Source: Lingula anatina (lineage: Eukaryota; Animalia; Brachiopoda). Taken from it: DNA of 64,000 nucleotides. The DNA lies in NCBI GenBank assembly GCA_051362555.1, contig CM120645.1, forward strand, positions 682,001 through 746,000. The letters are read 5' to 3'. Each line of letters starts with the position of its first letter. Position 1 is the stretch's first letter. Positions 1 to 13,800 of this stretch are shown here, one piece after another. Both the position numbers and the translations under genes were made by a program. The notes under the pieces are model-generated. The model saw only the letters and a list, made by a program, of their open reading frames with translations. It did not search any database and was not told the DNA's origin.

Positions 1-63
1 CCTGTCGGTAACGTTACACTTTTGATGTTAGTGGCGCTGGTGGCAGCGGTGTGGGATATCTAA
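1..63 (+). CDS. 3' end (partial) of a paralogue of the SMB-domain gene at 28808-31855
   Basis: Frame 1 reads PVGNVTLLMLVALVAAVWDI*, which aligns with the C-terminus HVGNVGILVFIVMVAAEWDFYM* at about 31787-31855. Downstream non-coding DNA is also homologous. Confidence 0.75.
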   Translation, partial: PVGNVTLLMLVALVAAVWDI

Positions 64-252
64 CTTTGGGTTAGATGTTATAACAATGATATAGGATTGG
101 GCACTACTATTACTTATCAATCTATAGACGGATATCTAAGATTTTTCATTGTTGTTTTGTAATTTATCGTTTTTAGTTATTATTAAGTTTTAAAAACAGT
201 TACAGTTTTACGATTCAGCAAAATTATTCTGAAATAGTTTTGTGGACGTCAT

Positions 253-480
253 GACCCCCGCCAACAAGCTTCCGTTTTGCCCTTGGTTTGTTTTCAAGTT
301 AACAGCCTAACTCAAAAAGTTATGGGCCCATTTTGATAAACTGTTTAGGATAAGTCAGAAATGGACCCGCTTAGAAGCGATTACATTTTGGTGGCGGTTC
401 TTTATTTGATTAATTAATATTGAGAAGTGATCCGCATTTGGCGGTGGTGTGTTGCGGGGTTTTTGAGTGCTCTTTAGTTT
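253..480. mobile_element. Degraded HINE-like (Helentron-associated) element
   Basis: Shows ccgccaac...ttggcggtgg subterminal repeats, a 'ctcaaaaagttatgg..attttgataaa' core and a 'gagtgctctttagtt' end, as in the copies at 26914 and 39195. Confidence 0.5.
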
Positions 481-2580
481 TGGTTATCATGACGCTTTAT
501 TCTGTATTCAGTTAGAATAATTCGTGCATGCAGCAGACTAGAGCTCTATACAAGAGGCCATAGCAAAGTCCCATCATAGTCTTGCTTGACAGTACAGATA
601 AGTGTATAGAATTGGCAAGAGACATTTCTGTGAATTTCTAGTAAAAAATCAATCTGTGGTCCTGGTAGAGAGTAAAGGATTAGCTTTGGTTCTCTTTTTG
701 ATTCACTGCTAAAACAGTCACAGGTCTTGTACTAGTAGTGTATGTTTGGTATTATAAATGTGAATTGATCTTTGTGAGATAGTTAAACTATATAGCATGA
801 ATTTATTCATAATTAAGTAATTTGCTATCAATTTGATGAATAAAAATTAGACGACTTAGAGGTCGATAATTTGCAAAAGGCAATGCATTAATTCCATGTA
901 CATGTAATTATGCATTCTTCTCAATTTTTTCGGAAACTGAACAAATTGCATGAATTTATTGCATCATCCCAAGAACATTGTGTATGGATTTATGATTAAT
1001 CGATTATTTGATGATTGGTGTAAGGTACATTTCAGGGTATCTCGATTACATTATTTTATTTAAATAAAGCGTAAATTATAGTAGGACAATATTTTTACAA
1101 ATCCTGGATTACATTGGCCTAATTGGTATACGATTTTCCGTGCAATTTTTTGACGTCATTAATGGCTACGGCGAAAATTTTACTTTACGCGCGAGAGCCG
1201 TGCCTTTTTTCCGACATGACCTTGAGGTCAAGTAAAAAAAAATTCGGCTGAAAAATGAGGACACGAAGCCCTTTCAGTGTCAGCGCAGTTGCCGAGCGCC
1301 TTTCCTTGAAGATTGATACGTTGTCAGTGCAGCCCCCCCCCCCCTCACCCCCTACGATTTTAGCACCCATATGGTCAGAATATGGTAACACGCCACTTCC
1401 TTTTCCTATAAGTGATAACCGCTAAGTTATTAACAACTTAATTTTGTTTGCCTAGATTACGTTTGCCATTTGATGCCCGTATATGACGTTTTCGTGCGGC
1501 GTCTGTGCGGAGGTAGACGATGGCCGTGCGAAACCGTGCGACTTCACGGCCACCAGAGGTTCTACAATTTTGTCAAGTTAAAATTTTTAAAAATTTTTTG
1601 AAAATACATTATCATAGTTGGCAGTGCACAGTCCCCATACGTACATTGTGCGGTGGACTTGCCGTGATGGTGATAATGGTGAAACCTGTTATTGGACTGG
1701 TTCCTTTCCACCTTTGGTGGTTTAGGGCGGATAACAACAGTCTCTCTCTATCTTCAAGTATCTTGTATTTGTAGGACGTTGGCTGCTTTGTACCTCCACA
1801 GTAAAGATGTTTAAGACTGTTTTATTCACTCGCATGAATTTTAATTACTGTTTTTATTATTCCGACCACGGGTGAAAAACTGTAAGGGCGCAGCTGCGCC
1901 GCAAACGTATCGATCTTCATGCCAATACGGAAGGCAGGGAAGGAACCAGTAACCTGCGCTAAAGTTCTAGAATCCGATGACTTTTCTAAAATGTTGTGAA
2001 TGACTAATGTTGTAAATGTTGTAAAGCAATCGTTTTATTAATCGGAAATCGTTTTATTAATCGGAAATTAGAGGAATTTAATTGAAATTCGGTTAACTAA
2101 AATGTCGAAAGTTAGTAAGTTCAAGCATAATTTTGTTAGGAAACAACTACCTGTACTACGGAAATTGCATTTTGTATTAGGCAGAAATGGAAATCATTAA
2201 TGTCTCAAGGATTGGGGTAATTGTTTGGTTTCACAATCAAAAAGAAAATGTTCATGACGTCAATAACGCTGGACGATTACAATTTTGAATGCATTCCCAG
2301 TTTGTTGAAATAAAATTTAATACATCTCATTTTGGGTTTGGAAAAAATAAAAGCGGCCTTAACTGGCCTAATATCAGTTAACCTACATATTGCGTTTGTC
2401 ATTTTATTTTGATAATTGATGTTGAAAAGGGGGGGGGGGGGGGGGGCGAGATGGTAAAAGTGATAAGGCGTGAAGTAGTGTCATAGTGGAAATTGGCGCT
2501 AGATAGACAATGTACTCTGAATATTCTGTTACTGGCATGCAAGGAATGATGTACAATCTATCGGTAGTAAACATATACTG

Positions 2581-2940
2581 TATCAAAACGAAACAACATT
2601 GAATGAAAAAAATGATTGCATAAAAAAATGAAACAACATTGAATGAAAAAAAGAATATTGCATGAAATTTGAAACAACATGGAATAAAAATATATTGCAT
2701 AAAAAAATGAGACAACATTGAATTTAAATAAAAATTTATTGCATGAAAAAAGAAAATAACATTGAATGAAAAAAATAACTGCGTGAGAAAACCGAAACAA
2801 CTTTGAAAGAAAATAATTGTGCATAAAAAATGAAACAACATTGAATGAAAAAAAAAAAGGAATATTGCATAAAAATATGAAACATTGAATAACAAAACTT
2901 TAAATTTAATGAAAAATATATTTATTGAATGTTGCAACAC
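2581..2940. repeat. Minisatellite with a unit of about 35-40 bp (aaacaacattgaatgaaaaaa..attgcat)
   Basis: Tandem units are directly visible. It generates the spurious F/C-rich ORFs 2404-2940 and 2558-2824. Confidence 0.9.
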
Positions 2941-3983
2941 ATCTCATGCCATACCTGTCCTTTATACATCAAACTTAATTTCGAGTGTAGATAATTTAAA
3001 ATTCCCAGATGAGACAAAATCGATACTCTTTGTTGATGTAGTCACCGGATTTTAAGTTAGCAATATGTGTTAATGTTCATATTAACAAAATATACAAGAT
3101 TTTAATCGACCTACATACTTTTTACAGTAAATTGTGTTACAAATAAAAACTACATTGAAATCCAACTGCGCAAAAGGTACCGCTTGTTATTTTGCGCCAT
3201 CTATCGACTGTCTCCAAAGCCACGAACCAAAACAAAGCGATGCCGACCGAAACATGCGATTGATGAAGGCAAGGGGGCATTTCATGGTTAATTGACAACG
3301 AACTCCCTTCAGGGAAATACGTTTTACAGAGAAAAATCTTGTTTGAATTTTAGAGTGTTACACCGGTGGTAGCTTGTTTTGGCAGGTCAAACAGTACTGG
3401 GTAAGAATCGGTGAGTGGGCGGATAATAGTGTGAAATCTGAAGATAAAACGCTTGTCCGTTTTAACGACGATAAAATGTGTATTAAAGGACGAGGGGGTC
3501 CTGAATGAGAGTGTAAACCTTCTTGCTCAACCTTTTTCTTAGGTCACAGTGTCGACAAAGTCGGACTGGCTTTTTGTTTATCACCCCCCCCCCCCCTCCC
3601 CCCACCAACACCACCACCTCTTAGTATAAAGTTATTTTTAAGAACTTAAAAGTCTGCATTGACTTGACATCAGAATTATTTGTGATTAAGATTGTGTAAT
3701 CGTGTTATTTAATTATTTATGTGTTTTGCTTATATATTACTACTATATTACTATTAAATATTATATTTTACTGCATGCCTCATGTACAGTGTACACTGTA
3801 ATTCACCCAATGGAGGAAGACTGTCAGTTGTTTGATATAACATGTATTATTATAATTTAGGTTTAAGTAGAGGGGACAGATAATCACAAGTATTAAAATA
3901 CAGCACTGTGAGGTTTATATTGCCTGCAGCCTAAGACAAGATTGAACAGGAATAGCTGTCTTCAGAAGAGGAGGTCTTACAGG

Positions 3984-4578
3984 ATGAGTCTACGACATGC
4001 ATTCAAGTCCCGATTTCTGGACAGTAAAGGTGATAGTGATGTGGTGGTGAAAGGGTTTCGTTCTTTGGAAAAAGAAGAGGAAGCCAAAATGACCTGCAGT
4101 TTTGATGATGATGAGGTAACTTTAGAAAAATGTTGAAATGCATGTGTGTTTGTATGTAAAAATGATCTTTATGTTATGTATTTGGAATATTTTAAGTCAT
4201 TCAATGACCATGTATTCATAATCCTTAACTAGACTGTAGTCAATTTTGTAATTAAATTTGTTTTGAAGTTGTTCACAGAGAAGTTACAATATTTGATGAA
4301 CTTTCAATATTGAATCTTGGTAAATTAAAGTGAAAAATAAAACTGTTAAACTTTTATGCATATGTAACATTATTTTCTGCAGGAGCCAACAGAATGCATG
4401 TCCTCAGTGACAGAAGAAACCCGTGACTCAGACCACAAATCCAAGAAGATGGATGAGAGCACAAAAACAGCTTCAGTCCCTGATGACAGTGTTGCCATCT
4501 ATGAGTCACAATTGACACAACTCCAGGAGCAGCTGGTGGAGACCATGATAGAGAACCAGAACCTGAGTCAGTCTGAGA

Positions 4579-4624
<46 letters not shown>

Positions 4625-7600
4625 ATAATTAAAATTTAACTTTCAGTGATGGATCCTTAGTAAAAATTAGCAGCAAATTATAATTAGAAGCAATGCAATT
4701 TTTTTATTGCAAGCTCCTGTGATATCCTTGCCACAAACTCTAAGTTTACAGCAAATTTTCTGCACATTGACATATCCCACTTACATTTCATGAGATTTTA
4801 AAAGGACTGGTGAACCAAGATGACACTGAGTGACTTTGCCATCTTTGTCCCACATATACATCAGTTGCAGTAAACTTTTCTTCATCTGCCTTTATATTTG
4901 CCTTGCTTCAGTTGACATTTTTTAGCCTTGCCCCCCCCCCCTTATTTCTAATCCCAGTCCCACTATTGGGTGCATTGTAATGAAAACACCTTGAAACAAA
5001 AAATTACAATAATTGTAACTACTAAAATGATAGCTGCTAAATTTTGTTTGAAAAATACCTAATTTTATTTAAAGAAGACCTTTTCAAGTTTGTATAAAGG
5101 GAAACTTCCTGAATCAATGAGAGAATATGGATGATTTTAGTAAAACTCCTCACAGACTGTAAACAGATGTTCATACCTTTCCAGAGAGAGAATTGGAGTT
5201 GATGAAAGATGCTGATAAGGTAAAGAAACTGGAGAAGAACTTGGAAATACAGACGGGGAAAAACAAGTACCTTGCAAGGAAATTAGAAGTGTTACAGAGG
5301 ATGAGGTAAGAATTGAGGGGATTTTTTGTTCTTGGTGACAATATTTTGTATTGCTAGAATGTAATGTTGGTGTCTCAGTGGTCATAGTTGCCTATTTTGC
5401 TCAGTCCATAATTATAATAGATTATTTACCATAACATTAATAATTGCTTAATATTACCGTTAATAAAAAATTCTAGTCTAAGATTGGAATATATCCTTTT
5501 TAACATACTGATCAAAACATATTTTTGGGGGATGCAATAGTAAAGATACTGTGAGGCAAATAAAAGTGTTGGTGCAGCAGTTATAGTTATCATCATTAGG
5601 GCCAAATATTACAAAATTGATGAAATGCTTCTCTAACATGTGGTGTATTAAATATAAGCATTTAATAGTTACTCTTAAGGGGCGTTCAATTGTTATTGTC
5701 CTCAGGAAACAGTACATAGATATTTTCAGTGATGTACAGATAACCTAAGGAAATGTACAGATGTAACGGCTTGATCCATTTTGATGGGGAGGGCCAAGAA
5801 AACTCCCAGAATACATTTTGATTTTCCCCGATATACAGGCCTCGTTTTTATCAGTGAACTTTAAGGACGTCAACAACAAACATGTTGATTTATGAACCAA
5901 TGCACATTATAATCTTATAATGTTAAGATTTAATAGGGTTAACATGAATAATTCTTTCAAAGATTTTGTTATTAAAGTAAGTCATAGGCATTTGTCTTTT
6001 TTGTACATGAAAAAAGACAAGGGCCTTATCCGAATATTTGGACATCGGCTTCTAACAATTAACATACCCAACCAATTGATCCGACCAGTTAGTCCAGGGA
6101 TCATCTTTTCTGAATGTGCTCTATTTTTGACATGTCAGAGATGCTGAACTCAAGTCACAGTGGGTTGATTTGTCAGAAGAGGCAACTGAGACATTTGCAC
6201 AAGTTCCTGAAGGTAAAAACACACTTCATAGCAATAATACCTTTATATATTATATCAATTCTATTCAATGAGTTTAACACTGTGATGTAGGAAGTACCTG
6301 TATAGGCACCTATTGGATACTTATTTTACAGGAATCTTCTCAATTTGGGAAATACTCATTTAGGAAGCTTAGTTTTAAAAACACTAAAAGTAAAGTTTTT
6401 AACTTGGTAATTTCTGTTAATTATATATTCACTTACTTATTTGATCATTAGCACTCAGGTTGTGCCTCTTAATCTTGTTATTATATCTTAAGTTATAATT
6501 TTAAATGGCAGTGTGAATTCACAGCCAGCAAAGTATGAGATTATGAATTGTCAGACTTAAGGAAATTATATTATTAATTACTAAAAAACACTCCTCTCCC
6601 TTCAGACACAGTCCCAGAGGCTGAGGGTTGGTTTGGCAGGATAAAAACTCGACTATTCTGGACATTCTATGATATCTTGGATGATTTTAGAGAGGAAGAA
6701 ACCAATGACCAGGAGATAGAAGAGGAACCACTGGCCGTGAAAAAGTAGGAAGTGCTATTCTGAACTCATGAGTTTAGGTCAAAATATCAAATAATCAAAT
6801 AGTCAGTTTAAATTAAGATCAGCTCTGACTGTGGTTGTTGCAAGTAGCCATTGGTTCACAGTTTGTTTTTTGATATCCTTTGTGAATTATTATTATTATT
6901 TGTGATACGAGTCAACAGTGAACTCTTCCTAGGTTCTTAAGTATTTTTGCTGTTTGTTAACTTTTTAGGCTCAAGAAGAATGTGAAGAGATTTGGTAAGA
7001 TAGATTGGTTATTTTTCACACACAGTTTTATTATTTTTTTTTCTGTATGAATTACTTATTATTATGAATTGTAATGATTTTGCTGTATAATCTTATAATC
7101 ATTGATAATCAATAATGTGTAGTTCATAACAACAGGCCATTAGTTATAGACATTACTCAAAGTAGTATTAGTAACATATTTTTACACACAACAATTTCTT
7201 GCTGTCAGGTGTAATTTCAATATTACATGTATATCACACATTTAAGAATACTGTGAAGACTTTTATTAAGAAGATATTTTTCTCATCTTAAAGTATAGCT
7301 TAAAACAAATCATATTTACCAGTAATCACCTGTATTAGCTGATTTTACTAGTATAATTGCCCATTCTTTTGAGATATTATTTATACATTGATCTTGGAAG
7401 ATGGAATTTGTATATCAGTCGTGAAAAAAATAGATGGACTAATGTGGTTTACAATCTATTACATACATTATATAGACCTCAGAGATCTCTTCATTTATTA
7501 TTTAAAAATTTTGGACAGTTTTCTAGGATGAAAATAGAGTCACATATTATTCTGATTTCAGGCAATTCTTTCAAGGAAATCCTCAGCACAATAAAAGGTC

Positions 7601-7675
7601 TTAACCTGCTCCTGAGCTGGAAGTCCCCAGCTAAAACTCTGCTAGTTTTCCTGGTAGGTACAACCATTATACAAT

Positions 7676-7715
<40 letters not shown>

Positions 7716-7843
7716 TTTCAGAGTTACCTGTACTTTCTTTCAATGGGCTGGATCCTACCTGGTGTATTATTTATTCATTTATTTATTTATTTATTTCAGA
7801 GTTACCTGTACTTTCTTTCAATGGGCTGGATCCTACCTGGTGT

Positions 7844-7879
<36 letters not shown>

Positions 7880-10800
7880 TTATTTATTTCAGAGTTACCT
7901 GTACTTTCTTTCAATGGGCTGGATCCTACCTGGTATATTATTCCTGATGGTGTTCAGACTTTTCATCAGTTATCTTCAGTACAAGTAAGAATCTCTCTGC
8001 TGGCTGCTTCTTGTAGTTACACCTAGGAGAGAAACAATGAGGCCATTCAACTTTTCTGATCTGCCAACTAAATATGGCCAGCCACACTTCAAAAACAATG
8101 CCGCTGATTCCCAATGCCCCTCCTCCGCACGGGTCATTAAACGGATTAAATCTCAGTTCCGAGGTTTGATTACCAGACCCCTGCAGCGACGGTCCGTGTT
8201 GAGGCAGGAAATTAGCAGTATCGCTTTTGAAGTGGAGTTGACAGAATTTAGTCACTGGATCAGTTAGTAGTCAGATCCTCTATTATGAACGGCCCTAACA
8301 TCTTCACACAAGATGATTTTACTGTATAAGACTAGATTTATTATTATTATAATATAGAATAGTTTTATTTTTAAATGGAAGGATTTTAGTAATTGAGCAA
8401 ATTAGGGGTTTTTGAAGTAAAAACAAAATTCCCTCATCATACCTGGTGTTTCTGAGTTCTACAAATTAATGCTCTCGGTGTTTGGGAGTCGAAAAATTTG
8501 CTTAACAAAATACTTCATAAATTATTGTTTCTGATTTATGCCAGCTGCTTTTTTATCAATTTTTGTTTAGTTAAGTGTAGTAAAATGGAGTGGATTGCTG
8601 AATAGTTCTTGATGGCTTCTTAATGTAAAATTTAAGGATGGTTTGTTATTATAGAGTTGCTGTTAAAGAATGCACCATATGTGTTCTTTTAATTTCAGAG
8701 GTTTTAGGATAGAACTTCATTACTTCAGAGTGGTGGAAGACAAAGATGTGAGTTGAGCTAATTTTTAGAAAAATATTTATAAAGTTATGACTTGGAGATT
8801 TTATTTAAGCATAGTGATTAAAATGTTTAAGTGGAATTTTACATTTTTGAAGGTAAACTACCCTGCTTTAAATATTTTACCTGTTAGGTAGAGAAGCATG
8901 TACCAAAAGTAACATTTTTGTCAATTTTTAATTTATACAAGTTTTATATTGATCATTATTTTAAGAGCACTTTTTAATGAGTATGGAATTTTATCTTCTT
9001 CAAAATAGGATTCTGAAGAAAAAGAATTGGGTGTGGCAGATAAATTCAATATTGTAGTACAGGTAGCTACGAAAGTACAGGTAAGTCTGTAATAGAAATC
9101 TGTCAATTAGATTTTTTCAAAATTGGGTATTGTCCACTGTATTTTGAAAAACAAAGCCACTTGTTAAAGTAGTTTTAAGACTTTTTCCAAAAATGTATGA
9201 AAGTATTGGGCAAAAGTTTTACCAGGCTAAACTGTAACTGTCAGGTGTTGCATTAACTTTTGTCTTTTTTTCATTGCAGAATACCTTAGGTTTGCTGGCA
9301 GATCAAATGGAAAAGTTGAAAAAGTTTGTAATTTTCATATCATGGTTGCTTTTAATTATGGCCAATTATGTTTTAAATAAACACTCATGTTAGAGCTCAC
9401 TTATGTATCATTTAGTAGAATAATTGATCTGTTAAATTTCTTAATTTAAGTTAATTACACTTTTGCATAAAGAACTTTTTTATTTACTGAATCTTAAATT
9501 TCATAAGGTAAGAATGAAAAATGCATGTCAGTTTAGGTCCAATATAGCATAGCTGGATGTCATCATCAGTATATGATATAAATTTAAAAATTGTCATTTT
9601 AAAAAAAATTAATTAAAAAATCAAAATGTGTTAATCCAACACGACCATACTAGCTGACAAACTTTTTTAAATAATCAAGAGGCCCATTTTTGAGTTTAAC
9701 AAAATTTTCAAAGTGAAAAAATGATTTCTGTGAAGAATCATTTTCCAACAAAATTTTCAAGACCGACTAAATTTTCAAGGTATTTCTAAGTAACCAGTGG
9801 AATAAACTAAATTTTAATCCTTCATCAGCCTCTGTGTAGAGTAGCACATGTAACAGCTAGGATTTTTTTATTTCAGTTTGTTGACTTGGCAGGAGCCAGA
9901 GCAGACACAGAGATTGTTTGGGGTGCTCATTGCCTTATTTATTGCCTCTTGTCTTCTTCCTGGCAGAATTTTCTTCTTTATAGCAGGTAGGACATGTGCA
10001 TACACATACGCTGTAACAACTTGATCAAACACAGACACACAGAAATGCACGCACACACACATGCTAATGTCAGAACAACTGGGAAATTTATAATTGCCCA
10101 CGCTTGTTTTATACATTGAAAATGATGATTCTGTTGCATAAGTAAAAATAATAATAATAAAAAAAACAGATTGTGGATATTTATGAGCATGTGTACTCAA
10201 AATAAGATCTGATGTTTATCTTAATGTGAAAAAGAGCAAATTAATTTTTTTTTATATTTGATAATATTTGATAGTATTTCTAATGACTATATATTTACAG
10301 GTCTGCAGGTTGGATTCAAGTTATTTATCCAGGACCCAATATTTAACCGCTTCCCTCGTGTTAAAGAGAAGTATGATACAGTTTACAAAATGTGGAAGAT
10401 TCTTCCTACTGATGATCAGCTGCAGAAGAGAGACAGCAGAGCCAAGATGCTAAAGGTAAAAAAATAAGCACCCCAGACAGTTTGAATTGTTCCCATGTGA
10501 TATATTCCTTGGTAAATAGAATGTTTTTTAAGCTTCATTTTTTATGTCAAAAGATGACGTCTCACCATCATAAAACCAGAGACATTAGATTTTAGTCCAT
10601 GATTCTTACTTATCACATTAAGTTCAAAGGCATTTCCAAATATGGGATAAATTGGATTTTATTGTAACAAGATTAAGTCCTCTGAAAATATGTACATCTT
10701 TAACATGCAAATGTACACTTCTTGCACTTCTTCATGGTGTGACTTTCATAAAGGAAATTGTATTTTCATATAAAATCTGTGCATTCATTGGAAGTTCTTG

Positions 10801-13800
10801 TATTAAATCTTTTTCACAGTCCTTTGGTTGTGCCTATATATACAATCATTTTTATATACAGATTTGGCTGTACTTTTACTCAAATTATTGCAGCTGTTGT
10901 AGGCCATTTAACAAGATTTCTTAATTGTTTCTCATGTCAGTAATATTTCCCACTTATACTGAGATGTATTCAGTTAGCATTGAATGAGTGTTTGACAGTG
11001 TCAAAAATTTTCTGAAAATACATTAAAATTCGAACCAACTACATGACACGACTGCCGCAGGTAGGGACTCCATACAGTCATTTGGTCTATTAAAGGAGGA
11101 CATCAGCTAGCTCATTTTGCACATTTTCCCTAAGGTATTCATTTGATAAAGTAAATGTTTTGTCCTTTTAATCCTGTGAATTTTGAGGAATGTTTTGTTT
11201 GTCTAGGAAAGTATTTAGCTCCCTTACTGGATCAGTTCAAGAAGATCAGTCTGTCCTTGTTCCTGAAGACATTGACACAATGTTTCATGTGCCCTGACAG
11301 GTTTCCTGGTTAGAATGTCCAGGAAGATGGCAGTTTTCTCTGGACATACTACCCTGGTAGTTGAGGTTTGGTGTTGAGGGAGCTCTGGCTTCACCCATTC
11401 ATATTCATGGTCAGTGATAATGTCTTCTTGGAGGAAAACATTCAGCATGTGTTTGAGACAAGGTTCTGTGATGTTTTCTGCCAGAATGTCCTGGTTCTGC
11501 TGCAGAACTGAAATATTGAATTAATGACTGAATCAGATATCTTGATTTTAAATCTTTTAGATTTGTAAGCAAATTATGACCAAATAGTGAACATTTTCCA
11601 TTTTTTTTAACAAATCTCTCCTTGTTTGCCCATCTCTTTGTTTACCATCAACCCATGTCTTTATTTATTATTATTTTTTTTTTGTACTAAACAATTTCTC
11701 ATAAACTTACAGTATACTTAATTTAATGGGGGGTGGGGGGAACATAATGTTAACAAAGAAAGACAAACCACATATTTTATACACAGATATTTACCTGTTT
11801 TCCATGATGGGGGGAAAACCAAATCTGCATCGATTTCTTCACCAGATTTTTGACATGGCACTTTTGCTGATCTCCTGGCAGTGGTTGAAGGCTGGTCTAT
11901 CATCTCCCCAAAAAAGAGTGTTGGGTCTTCAAGTCCCTTACTCACACAGTGGGGGCACACCAGGTACTTATCATATGACAGCCCAGGCCAGTCCTCTTTA
12001 ATGATGTCCATGAGGTCACCATGGGCACGTATGAGTGGTCTCCATAAGTCTGGGAGGTTTTGTCCACGCACAGATATGGTGATGCCCCAGTCAGTGGCAT
12101 TGCTGGCTGTATTACGATGTGGCTGACTCTGATGATGAGATAGCTGCATTTTACAACCATGTAGTTCTGCATACACCCCATGTTTCCAGTCAACACGCTT
12201 GGTCCTATAGAATCCAAGATATCTATGCTGACGGACAGAAAATTTCTCATATAAGCCATCTGGACATCTATATGGAAAGAGAACCTGCAGGGTAAGTTGC
12301 GTGGTATCTGGGGGAACCTTGCTGGGCCATTTGGTGTCTAGTTCAGGTTGCCTTTCTTCAGTGAGGAGCCATGGAAAGTGGAATAAGGTATTGGATGGAA
12401 GAGATTCATCTTCCTGGACTTGATAGCACAGCTCCAGTTTCTGCATGAGTTCTGTCATGGCATCTACTTCTCCAGTACTGAGATTGAAAGGCTGCCATAA
12501 ACACAACATGGCTTCTTCCGAAACCATTCCCCTAACTCTAAGATCTTCAATTATTTCACATTTTTTGGGTGCTGTTATTGTAAGTGAATCTTGCAGGGTC
12601 TTGATGGTAGCATCCATGTCATGATTAAGGATTGCCTTGAGAAGATTTGCAAGGATCTCTTGCTTGTGAAATATTGTCTGTTTTAGCAAGGGACTTGTCT
12701 CAAACCAGATGATGTCTCCACGGTGGGCCAAGAAGGAAAGGATGTCGTAGATTGTTTGGTCAATTTCCTGGTCTGGGTAACGCCACTTCTTAAAGAATGT
12801 CCTCCATGATATGGGCTTGAACTGTATGTCTGGAGCCTGTTTAAGAGTATCCAAGTTGAGTGTATTTTCAGAACTATCTTGCCTCTTTCTGCAGATATCA
12901 GAGGCTGCTTCAACCCACATCCCTGGTAGACTGACTGCATGTTGTCTTGCAAAAGAAGTTAGATAAACAGTAAGCTCATTAAATCCTTGTTTAGTCTTGG
13001 AACTAACCATGAAGACATGCTCATGGATATGAATCAGTTGATCTTCTAATGTCTGAAGCTTGTCAACTTTGTTCTTGTAAGCCTCATGCATGGAGATTTG
13101 TTTTGGATCTATTTCTGACATTTTTTCCTTGGTCTTCTTCATTTGAGTTTCAAACCATTCTTGTTTTTTTCTCTTGTGGACTGCTAGTTGTTTCTTTAAC
13201 ACTGAACATTTAACATGTGCCAAGCTATTGTCAACTTTGTCAACATGAGTACCAATTAGTGCTATTTGTATCCCTGGCATCTGTGCTTGCACTTTGTCAA
13301 TCCAGTCTCCAATGTAGAGCTGATAATGAGCCTCCTTTTCTGGATCATATTTAGACAGGTTGAAAGTGATGAAAACCAAGCCATGTTTTGAGATGAAAAT
13401 TGGGTGTCCTATTTTATAGACATCATGTCCACCAAAGTCATTGATATTGAAGCCAATATCTTTATCAGCCTCCCATGTTCCCTGCTCCACCACTCTTGTC
13501 CTGTCTGCCTTCTTTGTGAGGGTTGATTCTCCTCGTTGCAATGTACGTGAAATGCTAGTTTTTCCTGCTTCTGTTTCACCAAGAAAGTTGACCTGTATTC
13601 TACTTGACTGGATTGACTTGCTCAGTTTTAATGCCTTTAAGTACCTCTTGATAGCATCTAGTCCCCTGTTGGCTGTGTCTTTAGGCGGTTGTACCAGAGG
13701 ATTACCTTTCACATCTTGTTTTCTTAGACTCTCCATATTACTCATCTGAGGTGGCAAGTGGGTGATGTTATTGTATGCCAGGATAAGTATCTCAAGTTTA

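Larger units (their letters stand above)
1..3070 (+). repeat. Segmental duplication copy A (homologous to about 31788-35960)
   Basis: Colinear similarity blocks seen by eye: 600-780 vs 32335-32515, 1966-2410 vs 34096-34515, and 2581-3070 vs 35480-35960. Confidence 0.85.

Noticed and set aside
1520-1774. ORF resembling the ORF at 33574-33783 (GGLAV..IMV.PV)
   Set aside because: Similarity comes from the inverted duplicated DNA; the frames are not maintained between copies.
2404-2940. 178-aa F/C-rich ORF and its 166-aa look-alike at 35499-35999
   Set aside because: Translation of the A-rich minisatellite on the T-rich strand; the similarity reflects the DNA repeat, not a gene.
2581-2940. Regularly spaced repeats that superficially resemble a CRISPR array
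   Set aside because: The 'spacers' are themselves repeated, the context is eukaryotic and there are no cas genes; it is a minisatellite.
7357-7947. 196-aa ORF with repeated RVTCTFFQWAGSYLV
   Set aside because: It reads through intron sequence and the wrong frame of the triplicated exon; only 7562-7653 is coding in this frame.
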